This document shows, piece by piece, positions 63,066 to 64,000 of a stretch of 64,000 bases of DNA. The first letter of the stretch is position 1; the number at the start of each line of letters is the position of its first letter. The position numbers and the translations under genes are program-made. The stretch lies in NCBI GenBank assembly GCA_964247055.1, contig OZ176053.1, positions 930,001-994,000 on the forward strand. The letters run 5' to 3'. Source of the DNA: Paragordius varius. Lineage: Eukaryota; Animalia; Nematomorpha. The notes beneath the pieces were generated by a model. It did not search any database. It saw only the letters and a list, made by a program, of their open reading frames with translations, and was not told where the DNA came from.

Positions 63066-63199
63066 ATGTCACATCAAACTGGAATCAAGGGTATTCTTTC
63101 GCAATCTTATACTTTTAGCTAACAATGATTTACTGACCTTTTTTAGCGTCTGTAAAAGTTCCGATAATATAAGGGCCGTAAAGATATCAATCAAATCAG
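63066..63199 (+). CDS. TWF: Twinfilin, first two coding exons (63066-63090, 63119-63199); the rest probably lies beyond the window
   Basis: Spliced translation MSHQTGIKANNDLLTFFSVCKSSDNIRAVKISIKS matches the twinfilin N-terminus (MSHQTGIxA...KISI). Confidence 0.85.
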
Positions 63200-64000
63200 G
63201 TTTGTAATTTAAATTTTTTTATATAATTTAGTTTTTACTTGATTATTTTAATTTTGAAATAAACTGATCTTAGTTAAATAACTCCCTTATACTTTTATTT
63301 AAATCTTTTAACGAACATATAAAGATATATTTATATTTTTGTATTGTTTTTTAATGTGTCTTCATTATGTAATAGATATATAATGCCAATGTTCTTTAAA
63401 ACCATTTTAATGATTTATTAAAAATATTTTTATTTCTTTCTTAGCAGAAAACTATTTATTTTCTAACAAATATTTACAAATACGGACAAATTTCATCTGA
63501 ATATTTAACAATTGAACTAGGTTAATTTACCTAATTTCTTTAGTCCTTTTTATGTTATTTTTTTGTTATACAATAAAAATTAAAATTTAGACGTCTTAAA
63601 AACTAAAAGGCAAAATTTCCTTAATATAGCCATAATTTTTTGAATTTAACATAAATGGTTGTCATTTATTAATAAAATACTAGCATATTAGTTATACGTT
63701 TTGTTTTAATAATCTTAATTTTAACTGCAAATTCCATGCTAAATACAAAATTTTCAATGCTACATAAAGTCGCAAATGTTGTATAGAAAAAGCCATATTG
63801 TAAAAATTAATTAAAAAATATTTAGCAGTGTATTCATGTGTAATTACCGGTTTAATTCGCAGACGATTAATTTCATACATACCCATTTTGTTCATCTGAC
63901 ATTAAACAATTAAACACACATACACATGTCGAGTTCACTAAAAACTAGCCAGGTTTTTTATCATTCAAAAATTATGTCGAATTTTGTGCCTGAATAGGAA

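Overview
Very AT-rich animal (invertebrate-like) genomic DNA. The species cannot be named from the sequence alone. The left ~39 kb is a tandem segmental duplication (copy 1 ~1-15050, copy 2 ~20300-39160). Each copy holds a ~31-bp satellite array, an RTE-LINE scrap, an unexplained GC-richer island, an intronless 412-aa class A GPCR, and the 3' part of an ADAMTS-like gene lying tail-to-tail with the GPCR. In copy 2 the ADAMTS-like gene can be rebuilt by hand as 17 phase-compatible exons (48043->31991, 559 aa). It encodes signal peptide, metalloprotease (HELGHLMGAPHD), disintegrin-like, TSP1, Cys-rich and spacer domains, apparently with NO prodomain. Its introns host a complete decayed hAT transposon, an RTE LINE and MITEs. 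Copy 1 of this gene is a deleted, chimeric pseudogene. The right part holds a DNAJB-type Hsp40 with a frameshift and an intronless M14A carboxypeptidase with a C-terminal transmembrane helix. It also holds the cap methyltransferase RNMT, head-to-head (47 bp between ATGs) with the start of twinfilin. RNMT and twinfilin require 24-33-nt introns, one ending in GG instead of AG, which is unusually short for an animal with an otherwise repeat-bloated genome. All gene models are manual reconstructions without transcript support.
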